This document shows, in pieces, positions 27,377-45,358 of a DNA stretch of 64,000 nt. How positions within the stretch are numbered: position 1 is the first letter of the stretch; every line of letters begins with the position of its first letter. A program made the translations under genes and the position numbers. The notes under the pieces are model-generated. The model had not been told where the DNA came from. It did no database searches and worked only from the letters and a program-made list of their open reading frames with translations. The stretch is from the human T2T-CHM13v2.0 reference genome, Homo sapiens, in assembly GCF_009914755.1 (NCBI RefSeq), contig NC_060928.1. One strand, written 5' to 3'.

Positions 27377-28649
27377 GTGTCCTTGTCTCTTTCTTGTGCT
27401 TTCTGGCCTTTTCCTTCCCATCCTCTTCTACTTACCCTTCAAGATTACTCTAGCATCTTACATCTAGCACCTACTCCAAAGAAACCTTCTCTGGCAGTCC
27501 CTTTCAACACCCTGGCTGAGTTAAATGTCCCTCCTCTTTGCTCCCATTGCACCCAGCCCAGTATTTGCTCTGATCTGATCACATGGTACTGTAGCTGCTC
27601 CTTTATGCTTCTGTCCCTTTATGGAGGAAACCTTCAGGATTCTACTTATTTCTGGATTCCTAGTGGGTTGGGAAAAAAAACAATAAACATTGATTGAATG
27701 AAAAAATAAACATTATAATTAATAAAAAATAAGATTATGTAGTTGCCTTTCAAGAACTATGTCCAAATTGCCAATTTGCTCTACTCAACAAGAAGAGACC
27801 CTACTTGAGATTTATTACTAAATAAATGACTTTGAGCAAATGACACAACCTCTCTCTGCATAAGTTTTGTCAACTTGTAAAATGGGACTACAAATAGTAT
27901 CTGCCTTATAGGACAGTATCTGCCTTCCTTATTTTTGGAAAACCTAAATGAAATATGCATATTAAACTTTTAAATCAATGCTTTGCTGCTTGGTATCCTG
28001 TAAACACCCAGTGAATGTGAATTTCTACTGTCTTATTAGCTCCAAAATTGGAGTAAACTTAATCCTTCATTCAAGATAGTTGCTATTAGACGTGGTCAGT
28101 GAAATTGGTGGGAGAGCTGGTCTATGGATTCCCTTGACCCCACTGAAGTAGCTCATAATAGAATGCATTTACTAAAATCCAACAAGGTAAATATAAGGTA
28201 AAACAATGGAACTCACAGCCTTAAAGAGTCCTGGCATGACCCAGAGGAAAAAAAAATGTTGATCTCCTCTCCCTCTGTCTGATGGTTTTCTCTGCCCTGC
28301 AGTTCACAGTGAAATACAAGGTTTTTAATTCCCATGCACATTTTCTAATCTTTCTCCCTTTCTGCTTATGCCTTTTAGGAATATTTTTGTCTTTTTAATA
28401 TTCAAAACCAGAAAAGAATAACTGATATATAAAAGACAGGGAGGTCAAATAAGGAGAGATGCTAGTTGGCATGTCACTGTCAGTCACATGCTCAGTGCAA
28501 GGCACCTGTCTAGAGTTCCTGTGTCACCTCATTTGCCATGGCCACCTGCAGTGCTGTGATCAACAGTCTTTTAAAGCATAAGTACAATAAATAAAATACC
28601 AGCGATCCTTTACATCTTAAACTGGGGCATGAACGCTGATGAAGATTAA

Positions 28650-29034
<385 letters not shown>

Positions 29035-29353
29035 CCATTTTTCTTAATTACTTTGAACATATTTACTTTCTTTGAACTTCATTTTCTGTGTCCATATAAT
29101 GGACTTAACAGCATCACTCTTTAAGGGTTGTTGTGAATAGCATGGGTTTTAGCAACAAATAAGAGCTGTTCTTTCTTCTATGTGCAAGGGAAGTATCATG
29201 TGCAAGGGAAGTATCAGGTGCCATCTTTGGCAATCTTCTCATGTTCTCCTTGAATCTGAAAAGCATTGAAAGATAGTATCATGGCTACATATTTGTTGAG
29301 AGCTTAGAGATAAAAAGAGTTTAGAAATACTGTTGATTGTGTAAGTAAATGTT

Positions 29354-29523
29354 CCTCCCTGCCTCCAACCTTTCCCTCCTTGCTCCCTTCTTCCCTCCCT
29401 TCCTTCCTTCCTTTCTTTCCTTTCTTTTCCTTTCCCTTCCCTTCCCTTCCCTTCTCCTCCCTTCCCCTCCCCTCCCTTCCCCTCCCTTCCCCTCCCCTCC
29501 CCTCCCCTTCCCTTCCTTCCCCT
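29354..29523. repeat. Polypyrimidine simple repeat (CCTT/CTTT/CCCTT/CCCCT)n
   Basis: About 170 bp almost entirely C/T. Confidence 0.95.
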
Positions 29524-30305
29524 CAATATGTTTCCCAAATAACAACCCTTAGTCAAAGAAGCTCATCTTTTTGCATGTTATTGATGCCATCATCAATGCC
29601 TCTAGGAAGCAACACTTACTTCTTTTATGTGTCTCCAGGTCTACCATGTAATTTTGTAGTTAAAATCTTCATTTCATCTATTGCTATTGGTTCTACATTC
29701 TTCATTTTATAGTAAAAGTATGATATCCTTCTATGACACAAGTCAAAGGCTCTTTTGATGTTGAACAAGTGGTTCGGGGGAAAAAGAATCTTAGCAGGAA
29801 AGACTCAGCCACTATATCATTGTGCATAATGATTAGGCTAAGCCATCTTATATAAAATCCATACTTAAAATCTTAACAGGTACCACTGTACACTGTTTAG
29901 AGTAAATAAATAAAAGGGTTTCAAATTTTATGTAGACTCTTAGTTTGGGAAGAGATTTGAGTGCAGTGGATCTATAATAATCATCCATTCCAAACCAGTC
30001 ATTTAATCATGTGAACACTCACAGATACACATGTCTTGTTCATGGATAAGCTAATTAAAGACAGAGGTGGAAACAGCACTTGGGGCTTCAAAGTGGATCA
30101 CACTGCCCAGGGCCTTGGGAGAGGTCAGTGAAAATGACACATGAACATAGTTTCAACCCCAATGTAACTCATACCTTCTCTTTAATAACTAGCTGGCAGA
30201 CCCTCATTTATTTTTCAAGATTCTATTCAAATCCCCTTTCCTTTGGAAAGTTGTCCATGAACTTCCCAGAAGGGCTAAGTGATCCCTTCCTTTGTACCTC
30301 AAGTT

Positions 30306-30609
<304 letters not shown>

Positions 30610-32544
30610 CATACCTCAAGTTCTTTTATAGCTCTTGTTTCTCTGTGTTTCCAGACCAGTTCTTTTGGGTCTACTTTTCCAATGAGACCATTTATAGCTG
30701 AGGGCAGAAACTACGTGCCATTTATCTCTAAATCATCACCCTTAGCCTGGAGTCTGGCACATAATAACTGCTCAATGGATATTTGTGGAGTGATAATGAA
30801 CAAACTGTGCTTCTCACATATTTGGACCAGATGTGGAGTCACAGGGCTCACTTGTGAAGGAAAGCTGCTCATATCCCCTCCGCCCCTGACATTCCTGACG
30901 AATGATGTTCAGCCTAAATGTATGTCAAATGCTCTCCTGTCTTTCCAGGGCTGCACAGTTGCATTGCTTCTTTTTCTTTTCAGGAAGACTGGAGGGTTTT
31001 GTATGCGATGTTGGAGTCTCCAGAGTTTAGGAGGAGAGATATATATCATGGCTCTTATTCTGAGGCCTATAAGGAGTTTTATTTTCTGAATAAGTATTGA
31101 TCGCAGCTTACAAAATACTGCAAACCCATATAATTAAAAATAATGAGACCAGTCATTTGTGGGCAGTGCATGGCTAAATATAAGAGAAGACAAATTCTTC
31201 AGGTGCCTGAGATTTTATAATTGTACTTGGTTGGGAAGCTTATTAAAGCCTTGCAGGTGCAATGTTTCCTCACAGAGTAGTGAACCTTTGAAAGATATGC
31301 ATAATAAACAGAGTTTGAAATATGTTTTTATTCCAGGCCATATGGTCCTGTCTGGAGCTTTCCTGGATCTTTGGGTCAGTTCATTGTTGAAAGATGGGCT
31401 TGCAAGGACCCACCTCTCGGAGCAGCTGTCAGAGCCCTATCAGAACGAATCTGCTTTTGCATGATTATTTATTTTATGTGGCTCTCTGAAATGAGCCCAG
31501 CCCTGCTCAGTAGCTGAAATGTGCTGAGCAAAGTCTCTTCCCTGAACAGCTTGTGGCCATATCACCAAGCAGTGTCCTTCCTTGTCCTTAAAAAGCAGAC
31601 TAGCGAGACTTGTACATTAGGTCAGGATGGACAGTCTGGGTGAGGTTTGCCCACCTGGGCTTGAACTTGGTGCCAGCAATATGAAAACTTACACGGTAGC
31701 ATTTTAAAGAGGTGTCATTGCTCTTTCTTCTCAGCTGTACTAATTTTCCTATCTCTCTCAACTCTAGGCAATTACTGTGACAGCTGTCCATAAGTACTTG
31801 AGGTGTTTTTGTGGTGTAGTGGTGAGAACAATGCTAACACAGCCTCTCCTTTTGTAACAGAGGGTGGCATTGACTCCTCTGAGAATGTCTTTTAAGAGGC
31901 ATTTAATATAATTTATTCAGTATTTATTGCACATATATGTATATGTATATATACACAAATAGCAGTTATTGACAAGAGACTTGGTTTTGAAGTCCAGTGA
32001 TCACAAGAAGATGTTCTGTTTCCTAACATAGAAAATGGGCAGTGAGTTGATCAGAATGGAAGAAGGTTAAATCTCATATCTCTTTATGGTTATTTGAAAA
32101 AGTTGAAGTTGAATTTTGTCATCTTGGTCAAGGGGAAAATCTTGCCGTTTTAGGAAGCGTCTTTCATCTACTCTTATACTGCTGACATTATATTCAATAT
32201 CATATATATTTGTAGCCATTTGTTCATTTGGACTATATTCAGTAAGCACCTGTCCTTTACTAGCCACTGTGCTAAGACTTGAGAATGCAAGAGCCCCAGA
32301 ATTCTTGCACTCCTGGAACTTAGAATCTGAAGTAGAAGACAGACATTGAAAATATAGTTAATTATGTCTTACATATGTTACAAAAAGAAAGTGAAAGATA
32401 TTGAATGAATGTACATAGCAAGAAAACCTATGTGTGGTCTTTGGAGTCTACTTGCCTTAAAGGAAAAGTCTATGTCAAATTTCTTTCCTCCTATATAGGA
32501 GTCACTCTGCCTGAAACAATAAATTGTATATAGTACTAGATGCT

Positions 32545-32836
32545 TATTTTGGTCCATTTTCTGCTGTTATAACAGAATATCTCAGACTGGTTAATGTATA
32601 AAGAATAGAGACTTATTTCTTACAGTCCTGGTGGATGGGAAGTCCAAGATAGAGGACCTTCTTGCTATGTCATAACATGGCAGAAGCCATCATGTAGTGA
32701 GGGTTGGGGGGGAGAGAGAGAGAGAGAGAGAGAGAATGATATAAATATCTTCCATTAGGCCCCATCTCCCAATACTGAGGCATTCGGGATCAAGTTTCCA
32801 ACAAATGCTTTTTGGGGAACATGTGGAAACCATAGC
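32545..32836 (-). mobile_element. MST-type MaLR LTR, internally deleted, with (GA)n
   Basis: ggtccattttctgctgttataacagaatatctcagactgg...aaaccatagca. Confidence 0.8.
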
Positions 32837-33105
32837 ATTACTTAATAAAAATTTGTGGATATAATGGAGAATGAAAGTAAGAAGAAGAAAGTGTAAAGAT
32901 TATTTCGTTAATTCAGGCTACAGTTTAATAAATTATAATTTGAAATACCTAAATTAGTTTTATGGTAAAACTACATATTTTTCTTTTGCCGCCACATTCA
33001 GTGTTGCCATTTTAAAATTTACCCATGGTAACTATTTTTCCATTTCTGGAGTCATAGAACCTAGAACTTAACTTCTTACTTGAGTACAGAAATATGAGAC
33101 TCTGA

Positions 33106-33522
<417 letters not shown>

Positions 33523-34269
33523 TGAACTATTTCTATATACAAGTAGATCAATATTCTTATGGACTAAAAAGTGGTAGCTATTTCAAAGTGTGTATCTTAG
33601 GCCTAGGGATAAAATCACATGATGGAAAATGTTTTCTTCCATCTGTACTATGGTAACCTAAGGGACTCCCAGGACCAGGGAGACACCATTCAAGTTTCAG
33701 GCTGTGCCCAGGAGAGTGTGGTGCTATTACCCCAGAATATCTGAAGCTTTCAGAGTTAACAGATCAAGAGGAAAACACTCAAGAGGACTGCCCAGAAATG
33801 CAGCCAAGGGCCAAATAGAGAGTTCTTGAGAAGCATTGGGAATCAGAGTTGGAAGTGTGGTAGCAGCCACTGAGACAGTGGAGGAGCTTTTAGGCAGTGT
33901 CATAAAGTAGAAGGACAGTGGTAAGCGATGGGGAATACTTGGTCTGAATGGATGGAGAGTTGAAATCATCAGGTTGGGACTGGAAGCAGAGGCTGGTTGT
34001 GATGGGAGACGGAGACTACCGGCAGTGGTAGTCCATCTTAATCCAGAGATTAAGATGCTGGATAAGGACTTGAAATCAATGGCCACCGAAGCCTTTGTTG
34101 TTCAGCCTGGAGATGCTGTGATTCCACCACCCAGATGGGAATAGTGAGACCAGAGTCCTATTAAAGTCATGTTAAGATGATCCCTCTTTGCTCCTTCCCT
34201 TTCTTCCTTCCTCTCTCCCTCCCTCCCTGCTTTCTTTCATTCCTTCTCCTCTCATATCTCTTTCCCTCC

Positions 34270-35940
34270 CTCTCCCACTTGTTCCTTCAGCAAGTGTTTA
34301 CTTAGCCTCTACTATGTGCTACTTATTGTTCTCAGGGTGGGGTATATTAAAAAGAATAGATGAATATGATCTCTTTTTCTCATGAGCCTTTCCATCTTCT
34401 GGGGGAAAATAATACAACATGAGTAAATACATGAAGAAAACACTTTATTTTAATGGTAAGGGCCACAAAGAAAACGATACATGATGACATGAGAGAGAAT
34501 GGGTTGGTTAGGAATAGAATTTTAAACTGGAGAGTTAGAAAAGACTAACTAAGGTTGAATTGGAACTAAGACCTTAATGGCAACAAAGGATCATAAAGTG
34601 ATTGATCCAGAATGATCCAGGCAGATGGAAAAGCTAGTGTAAAGGCCATGAGATGGTCAAGAGCTGGCACATTCCAAGAAGAAAAAGGATCTCAGTGTCC
34701 CTGGAAAATGGCAAGTAGAGAGCAGTGCCTCATCATATAGGACTTTGAAGGTCATAGAAGGATTTTTGCTATTAGGGGTCTGGTGTTCCAGGTGCTTCTC
34801 CCACTTCCAACCACTTCATGCTCTCCACTTGGTCTAGCATTGTTCCTCCCATAGTGGCTTTGACTCTTGCTTGTCACTTCTAGTCCTTGTATTCTAGATT
34901 TGCAATCTTTCAATGTTATCCATATGGAAAGATCATGGGCTTTGGAGTCAGACAGCCTTTGGTTCTATCCTCAGATTCTCCTTGTATTGGCTGTGTGACT
35001 TCTGTAAAATCATATCCACAGAAAGCATCTCTTGTGATTTTATCAGCTTAAGGGTCTGGGGGTATTTCTGGCCCTCTTTCTCTGTCTCCCTTTTCCAGCC
35101 TGTCTTTAAAAGCTGGAATGCTGTAAGGCTTGTACCAAAGTCTTGTTTTCTTATTCTCTAAATTCTATTCAACATCCATGATTTCAATTACCATCTCCCC
35201 ATCATTATCCAAAGTTTCCACCTCCATCTCGGACTCTACTTTGAGCTCTTTATCTGTTTATGCAATTACCTTTTCAGCTCTTTCTTTGGAGGTCAAAAAA
35301 GGTAACGTAAAGTCATCATAACCAAAGTTTGATTCATTATCTTCCCTGCCACTCCCCTAAAACTTATCTGTGTTCAATATTTTCTAATTCAGACATTGAC
35401 AATATTCATTAAATTGTGCTAACTTTGCTTTCTTATCTCCTTCTGCACTGATAGTCAGTGAATTGCTGAATCTTGTTGATTTTTATCTGAATATCTCCTC
35501 TGTTGAATCCATCTGGTTTGCTCCATCTTCACTTAAGCCACCCAAGACCAACCTCTCATCATCTCCGTTGTGATTTACTGTAATCACTCCTAAATGCTCT
35601 CTTTGATTCCATTCTTGCTACACTCAAATCTGTTTTCCACAGAGGTCACAGTAATCTTTTAAAAATACAAATTAGCTAAAGTAACTCCCCTGCTTAAAAC
35701 CCTTCGATTTTTGTTGTTGTTGTTGTTGCTGTTGGGATAAAGATCAAAATTTTTAAAATCTTTAAAGGGAGCTGAATGTCTCAGGCACTACTTTGCGACT
35801 TTCTCCCCATAAATTTTTTATAATATATCCTGCTGAACTGTCTTTTTTAAGTTCCTTAAATGTGTTGTGACCCCTTCCCATAGCTGAGCTTTCAGATATG
35901 CTATTTTGTTTTCTTGGATTGCTCTTGTCGTTCTTCATCT
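34270..35940. mobile_element. L2 fragments (minus ~34270-34760, plus ~35150-35940) with a small MIR (~34915-35010)
   Basis: Degenerate motifs ccaggcagatggaaaagctagtgtaaaggccatgag and actcccctgcttaaaacccttc. Confidence 0.6.
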
Positions 35941-35945
35941 AGTGC

Positions 35946-36805
<860 letters not shown>

Positions 36806-38728
36806 AGTGCTAGGTAATCCAACTCATTTGTGGGCACTCAGCTCTAGTTTACTCCAGGAAACTGTTCCATTAGCCTTATTCTGCCACTTTTGCTGATTAA
36901 GGCAGATCTTCCACTCTCGTGTGCTGTCAAGACTCAGTATGGCATGATGGCTTCACCTGCTGCTGCTGTTGTTACTCTGCCTGGGTTTCTATGTCAACTC
37001 TCCTACTTGCTTGATGTATGAATTTTGCAAAGGTTACCTAACCGCTCTGTGTATCAATTCCTTTACCTATAAAATAGCGACACTGATAATAACTATCTAA
37101 CTCATAGGTTGATTGTAAAGACTAAATGGATGAATGCATACATTAAATCCTTAAAGTGGTAACTAAATGTTCAATAATTGTTAACTAAAATGTTCTCACA
37201 TTACCCACTTCTTTCTTTTCACACTACTTTTCACAGACAGTAATTTGATACTCACAGAGTGATAATTTGATTTAGATATACCTTCCACATAAGCTGTAAA
37301 TGAAGGGCTGCTTATTTTGTTCATCATTGTATTCGCAGTTCCTAGCACAACGTATATTTACTTAATGGATGTAGGATGGATGTTGCAGGATCCCAAAAAC
37401 CTTGAGTGATGCCATCTCCATCTCCCAGCACACTAAAGCAGGGGAGCTTCAGCAGTATCCAGTGTTCCTGGCAGAATCACCCCGAGCTCCTTGTTTTTGC
37501 TGATTATTTCTTGTGACCCACAACTGACCCGTTCTTACAGAGCACAAACCCTGTCCCAGATGCTGAACTTGCCCTCTATGCCCTGATTTCTCTGCTTCTC
37601 AGCACCGATCATTTTGTGCTGACTCTATACCCTCTGAAAGCTGTTTGAAGCCAGATGGGAGAAAGAGATAAAACAGATTTCATTCATTGCCCTCCCAGAC
37701 TCTGAGGGAAATAAAAACAATAGCAACAACGAGGTAGTTTATATTGGGTGTTTACTAGGCATTATTCATTATTTAATACGCACCACAATCCTATGAAAAT
37801 GATACTATAACCCCATTTTGCAGAAGAGGAAAGTAAGTCCCAGAGGAGAAAAACAAAAGAAAGAAAGGAAAGTAGAGAGAAAGGGAGGGAACGGGGTAAG
37901 GAAGGCAGCTTTTCCAATAGAAGAGAAATTCCCTTGCTGAGAAGAAATTTCATTCCCATAAAAGAAACTTCTCTACTGGAGGATAAGATACTGTAAAAAT
38001 AATATTGATAGAGAAGTTATAGAAGATGACCCAGAACATGAACCTAGCCTCAGATCAGCTTTAACATTTAGATTTTTAAAATATAATTCCTTTCAACTAC
38101 TTGCTATTTGCAGCCTTTTCTCTCCAAAGTCTAATGTAAGTAGTAGGAATAATACTGATAATTAAGAAATCTGTGCAGTTTTTTTCTGGTTAATTGGCAT
38201 TTTCCTATAAAATATTTAAAAATTAGCTTTTGGTTTTCAAAGACTCTCTTTTCAGAAAGTCATAGTTTTTGCTATTAAGAGTTCCCGTCTGCAGGTGGGG
38301 CTTCCTGCACTGGGATTATTTGGGCATTTTCACAGATGTTGTCCAGCCACTGATATTCAGCTGGAGTTGGAGTGGGGGGCTTATGATGCATTTTCTATGT
38401 TTAGATCTTCCTGATGTTGTTTTATTTTTTTTTTCCAATGAAAAGAGAAAACAGCCAACATGCCAGTTTTCTTGTAAAAACTGTTATCCAGCTAGAGATG
38501 CCCTCCAATTGTAATGCTCTTGTGCATTTCAACCAAACTCAAAGAAACACATTTTCAAAGTGAGTGTGGGTGCAATTGCCAGAAAATTGGCTTCAAGCTG
38601 GGTCCCCGGAAGGCTTTCTTTCTCCAGCTTTGACAGGCCTTGAGAGAGGTTCTCATAAGACCCCAGGAAGATCAGGTGGGTGGTTTGGGACTCAGAGCCC
38701 AGTTGGCAACCACTCTAAAAGAGCATGG

Positions 38729-39189
38729 TGCATTAGTTTCCCGTGGCTGCTGTGAGAAATTACCACAAACCTGGTGGCTTTAAACAACAGAAATTTATTC
38801 TCTCACAGTTGTGGAGGCCAGAAGTCTAAAATTAAGGTGTCAGCAGGACCGGTTCCTTTTGGAGGCTCTAAGGGAGAATTTACTCCATGCTTCTATACTG
38901 GCTTCTGGTGGCTGCTGGCAACCCTTGGTGTTCCTTGGCTTGCAGATGTATCACTCCAATCTCTGCCTCTGTCTCCACGTTGTCTTCTTTCCTGCGTGTC
39001 TTTGCCCTTTCTCTTATCTTCTAAGGACACTTGCCATTGGATTTAGGGCACACTGTCTTCCAGGATGATCTCATCTTGAGATCCTTAATTTAATTACATT
39101 CTCAAAGACCCTTTTCCCAAATAAGGCCACATTCACAAGTTTTGGGTAGACAGACTTATCCTTTGCAGGGGCCACCATTAATCCACACA
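38729..39189 (-). mobile_element. MLT1C-like solo LTR
   Basis: tgcattagtttcccgtggctgctg...aatccacaca with perfect TSD catgg/catgg. Confidence 0.9.
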
Positions 39190-40788
39190 CATGGTGAACT
39201 GAGAGAACTTTCCTGATCCACTGGGGATGAAGCTGGATTTCAGCTAAGCAGTGGGCTAAAAAGGCATTTGGCCCTGCTGAGCCAAAGCATCTTCTTAGTT
39301 TCTCAGTGATCGCCATACATTTCTGAAAGGAGATACGGCATTTTTCAGCAGAGGCTAACTTCTCGCTATGTCCTCACATGGTCTTTCCTCTGTCCATGTG
39401 CCTTCCTGGTGTTTATTTTACCTTGGGTTCGGCCTTCCTTATTATTTCATTTACTCTTTTTAACATCACTAGGAGTAGATAATAGTGTCTCCATTGTATT
39501 CATGAGAAATGAGAGGCTCCTTCCAGCTAGCAACTGGTGCAGCTGGGATTAAAATGTAAGCCTGTAGAGGTTCCCTTTCCAAACATGTCACCTCAGTGTT
39601 TCTGGGTTCCTAACCTTGAAGATATTTCAGGCTTGTCTGTTTTCCTTAAGCATGGTAAATGTGGTTGTTGTACAGTCTGTATGACAGTTCTAATAACTAA
39701 GTGCTTTGTGGATTTGTTTCTGTTGTCTGTTGATTGTGGTTATTTATTTTTCTTTATGTCATAATTTTCCATGTCTTTCTGGTTATATATGATTATGTGC
39801 TGATGATTATACTTAAAATATTGTAATAACTATTGGAGTTTTAGAATATACAGATCACTCTTTTCAAAAATAACTTGAATGTCCATCTGCCAGGTACTTG
39901 GGGGTACTACCAGTATGCCATCACCTCAAACCAAGATCCAGACTTTACACTTGTTGAACCACCGGGGATTAAACTCAAGACTTTCCAATGACTAGTTTGT
40001 CTCTGGCACTCTCTCACCATTACACGGAGTGTTTTATCTTTTGAGTGTGTAGTCTTCTCTGGGTGGGGTCTCATACTAGACTTCCCACCTGCTATGACTC
40101 TGAGTTTTGACATCTAGCTTTACCCCAGGAAACAGAAAAAGATTTAGATTTTCTAAGATTGGAACATGCCATCAGGCAAAAGTAGCTCTCATGTCTACCA
40201 ACCTCAAATTCCACTTTCAAATTTGACTTGTTAATTCTCTACTAACTTGTCAGATTTCCATTGTTTTGAAGATTTATTTTTAAAAACTATATTCAGCCTT
40301 CTTTACTTACTTTCCTTAGGAAGGTTTCCTTGAATATTATAGCTTGCCATTAGCTAAACAGAAAAATCTAGAGGCCTATATATTTTTTCTCCCTGCTCAT
40401 TCCTGGCACTTTACTCCTCTCTTTTTTTTCCTTTGTGAGGCGGCTGCTTTTTGCACTGTCCTGAATTTTTCCATTGATTCTTGACATGGCAGCTTGGGTC
40501 TATGGATGAGTGGTTTTTTTTTGATAGCTTGATAGTTTTGTCACATCCACAGGTATCTTATATATAAGTCCTAGACCATCGTGAAAACAAAGACTACCTC
40601 TGTTTATAAATTGTGGAAAAATAAATTCCATTGATGCTGAGCTTCCAATTTCTAGAGTTTTGTAATGTGACAAACACAAGCATAATTAGGATGTTTCATA
40701 AACCAGCAACTTAAAAAGATTCTGCCCCTTGTCATAAAATAATGAGTTTCTAAAATAATGTCTCTATGTATATGAGTATGCACACACG

Positions 40789-42285
<1,497 letters not shown>

Positions 42286-43097
42286 TGCATAGGGTATTTA
42301 TAATTAGAACAGCCCGAAAGAAGCTATAACATATTAGCAAGGCTTAGATACTTCTCTTACACTTTTATTTCCAACCTGCTTACTGTGAGACGTTTTCCAC
42401 TGATCTTGTAGTCCAAACCCATACCCTGACTTTGTGATGCATGTCATTTTTATCCTAGTGTGCTCCATACTCACCCAAAGCTCCTGTGTTTATTTTGACT
42501 CCAACTCTGGAAACAGAAAGTGAACTCATAGAAGTGTTTTTTTTCCCCCTGGCAAGATTTAAGACCTCATAAATCATGGTGGCAAGAAATGTAATGATGG
42601 TCTCTTTTGGTTCTTGAGGAGATTGGAAGAGGAGAGGCATGCAGGTTCCAGTGTGGTTTTGTAATTTTTCCCAGTGGTGGCAAGTGAGGAAGATTCCAGC
42701 AGGCTAGTTCCTCAGTCTTAACTAAGTAATTCTCTACTTCAATGTTCCTGCAATGAAAATGCACAGACATTCACCAGTGTCACTCGGGCAGTTTAGTGCC
42801 TGCTGCAGAACTCCTGGCAGTTAACAATGAAATTGTCAAGATTTCCTTTTTGTTCCCTTCCAAGCAGGCAAGGCATCGTTTTTGTCCAGTGGTTTAGCAC
42901 ATGAATCAATCCTTTTATATGTGATCAGTGGGACCATGTGTGTTTTCAGAAACTGTCTGGCTTTATACCTGGCAGGGTTTCTTGTTGGGCAGTGGTTCTG
43001 CAAATGAGAAAGAAAATATGCAAATTCTCACATGTCCCCAGGTTGAATTACAAGGCAAAAGAGACTATTGCTTTCTGGCCTGGTATTTGGCTTTGAG

Positions 43098-43455
<358 letters not shown>

Positions 43456-43661
43456 TAGAGATATGCCATCCAGTACTTAAACTGGGTTCTTAAAAAAATA
43501 AATTATATAAAACATTGATATTTCCAGATTATAACTGACATAGCAAATGTGGACAGGTAGGAGAAAAAGGGATATCTAGTAATGCTTTTATTCATGCACA
43601 GCTTAATGTGCTTATTGCTATATTTCTTATTTCTCAACAATATTTATTTAAAAAGAGCTAA

Positions 43662-44555
43662 TATGTAAATCTGTACAACCACTATGGAGTACAGTGTGGA
43701 GGTTCCTCAAAAAACTAAGAATAGAGCTACCATCCAGCCATCCCACTGCTGGGTATGTACCCCAAAGAAAGGAAATCAGTGTATTGAAGGAATATCTGCA
43801 TGGCCATGTTTGTTACAGCACTGTTCACAATAGCCAAGATTTGGAAGCAACCTAAGTGTTCATCAATCAATGAATAGATAAAGAAAATGTGGTACATATA
43901 CACAATGGAGTACTATTTGGCCATAAAAAAGAGTGAGATCCAGTTATTTGCAACAACATGGATGGAACTGAAGGACATTATGTTAAGTGAAATAAGCCAG
44001 GCATAGAAAGACAAACTTCACATGTTCTCACTTATTTGTGGGAGCTAAAATTTAAAACAATTGAACTCATGGAGATAGAGAGTAAAATGTTAGTTACCAG
44101 AAGCTGGGAAGGGTAGTGGAGGGTTTGTAGGAGGGGGCAAAGTGGGAATGGTTAATGGTTATAAAAAATAGAGAGAATGAATAAAACCTAGTATTTGATA
44201 GCACAACAGGGTGACTACAGTCAATAATAATATAATTGTACATTAAAAAATAATTAAAAGTATAATTGGATTGTTTACAACACAAAGGATAATGCTTAAG
44301 GGGATGGATACATGAGATACTTCGATATAGACATGCAATTTGTAATAATAACATCATGATAAATCACATCAGTTACCGTGTGGTCGTGGTTGGTGTCACA
44401 GTGAGGACAGCCTTATGGTTGACACTGTACCCCGTGCCATTTACCATGATGTGGTTATTACACATTGCATGGCTATATCAAAATATCTCAGGTACCCCAT
44501 AAATATATACACCTACTATGCACTCACAAAAATTGAAAATTAAAAAAAAATTAAA
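43662..44555 (+). mobile_element. L1MA-type (MA2/3-like) 3' end with an anomalous insert at ~44312-44430
   Basis: ORF2 end and 3' UTR (gatagcacaacagggtgactacagtcaataat...cacctactatg, A tail). Confidence 0.9.
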
Positions 44556-45358
44556 GGAGTCAATCCAGCTTGGCTTAATTCCTGCCTCAAGGCTATTTAT
44601 AAAAAACTCTCTAAGCAAAGCAGATCTTACGCCTCCAGGCACAAATGTTGAGGGGGTTATACGTTAGACTGTTGGGGGCTTTTTGTCTACGGAATATCCA
44701 TAGAAAAAAATTCCAAGAATGTTTGGAGAGCAACGCATGTGTAGTGGAATATAGATATAGTGCTTTTAAGAGACCTGAAATACAAAATGGACACCAATGA
44801 AAAAATTAAAGGTTAGGTATTATTTTGCTGAATATTTAGAGGAGTCATTTTGGTTGAAAGCAATCTCTGAAACAATTAAAATATGATTTAGTATATGAAT
44901 GTTTATTCTCACCTAGCTTATTTAGACATATATCCACCTTATAAAGCAACTGGCCTTTTCATTTAATTTCTCTACTGAGAAATGGATATTTGGTGTTTTA
45001 GGAAGTGCATCCCATAGGTTGGGTTTATTTATTCTGGTTTTAAAAAAGAAAATGCGCAATGCAAGGACTCACAAGACCTCAGAGTTTTGCCAAGCTTAAA
45101 ATGCTAAGAAAATGTAAGCTAAATTCCCTGAATAAAGTGATGGAAATCAGTGTGAAACTATGTGGAGAATAGTTATATGTGTTGAATCTACATTTTGATG
45201 TCTTAACATGGAGTCTGTGGATGGGCTTCTGGGCATCCACAAATAAAATCATACCAAATATTTATGAATGTATACACTTAGTGGAGAGATGCTCCATTGC
45301 TTTGGCTCTTAAAGGGCTTAAGCACCATTTTGAGTTTAGATATGGGGCAAAGAGGATG

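Noticed and set aside
29239-29712. G/E/K/R-rich and P/S/L/F-rich ORFs
   Set aside because: Translation artefacts of the polypyrimidine simple repeat.
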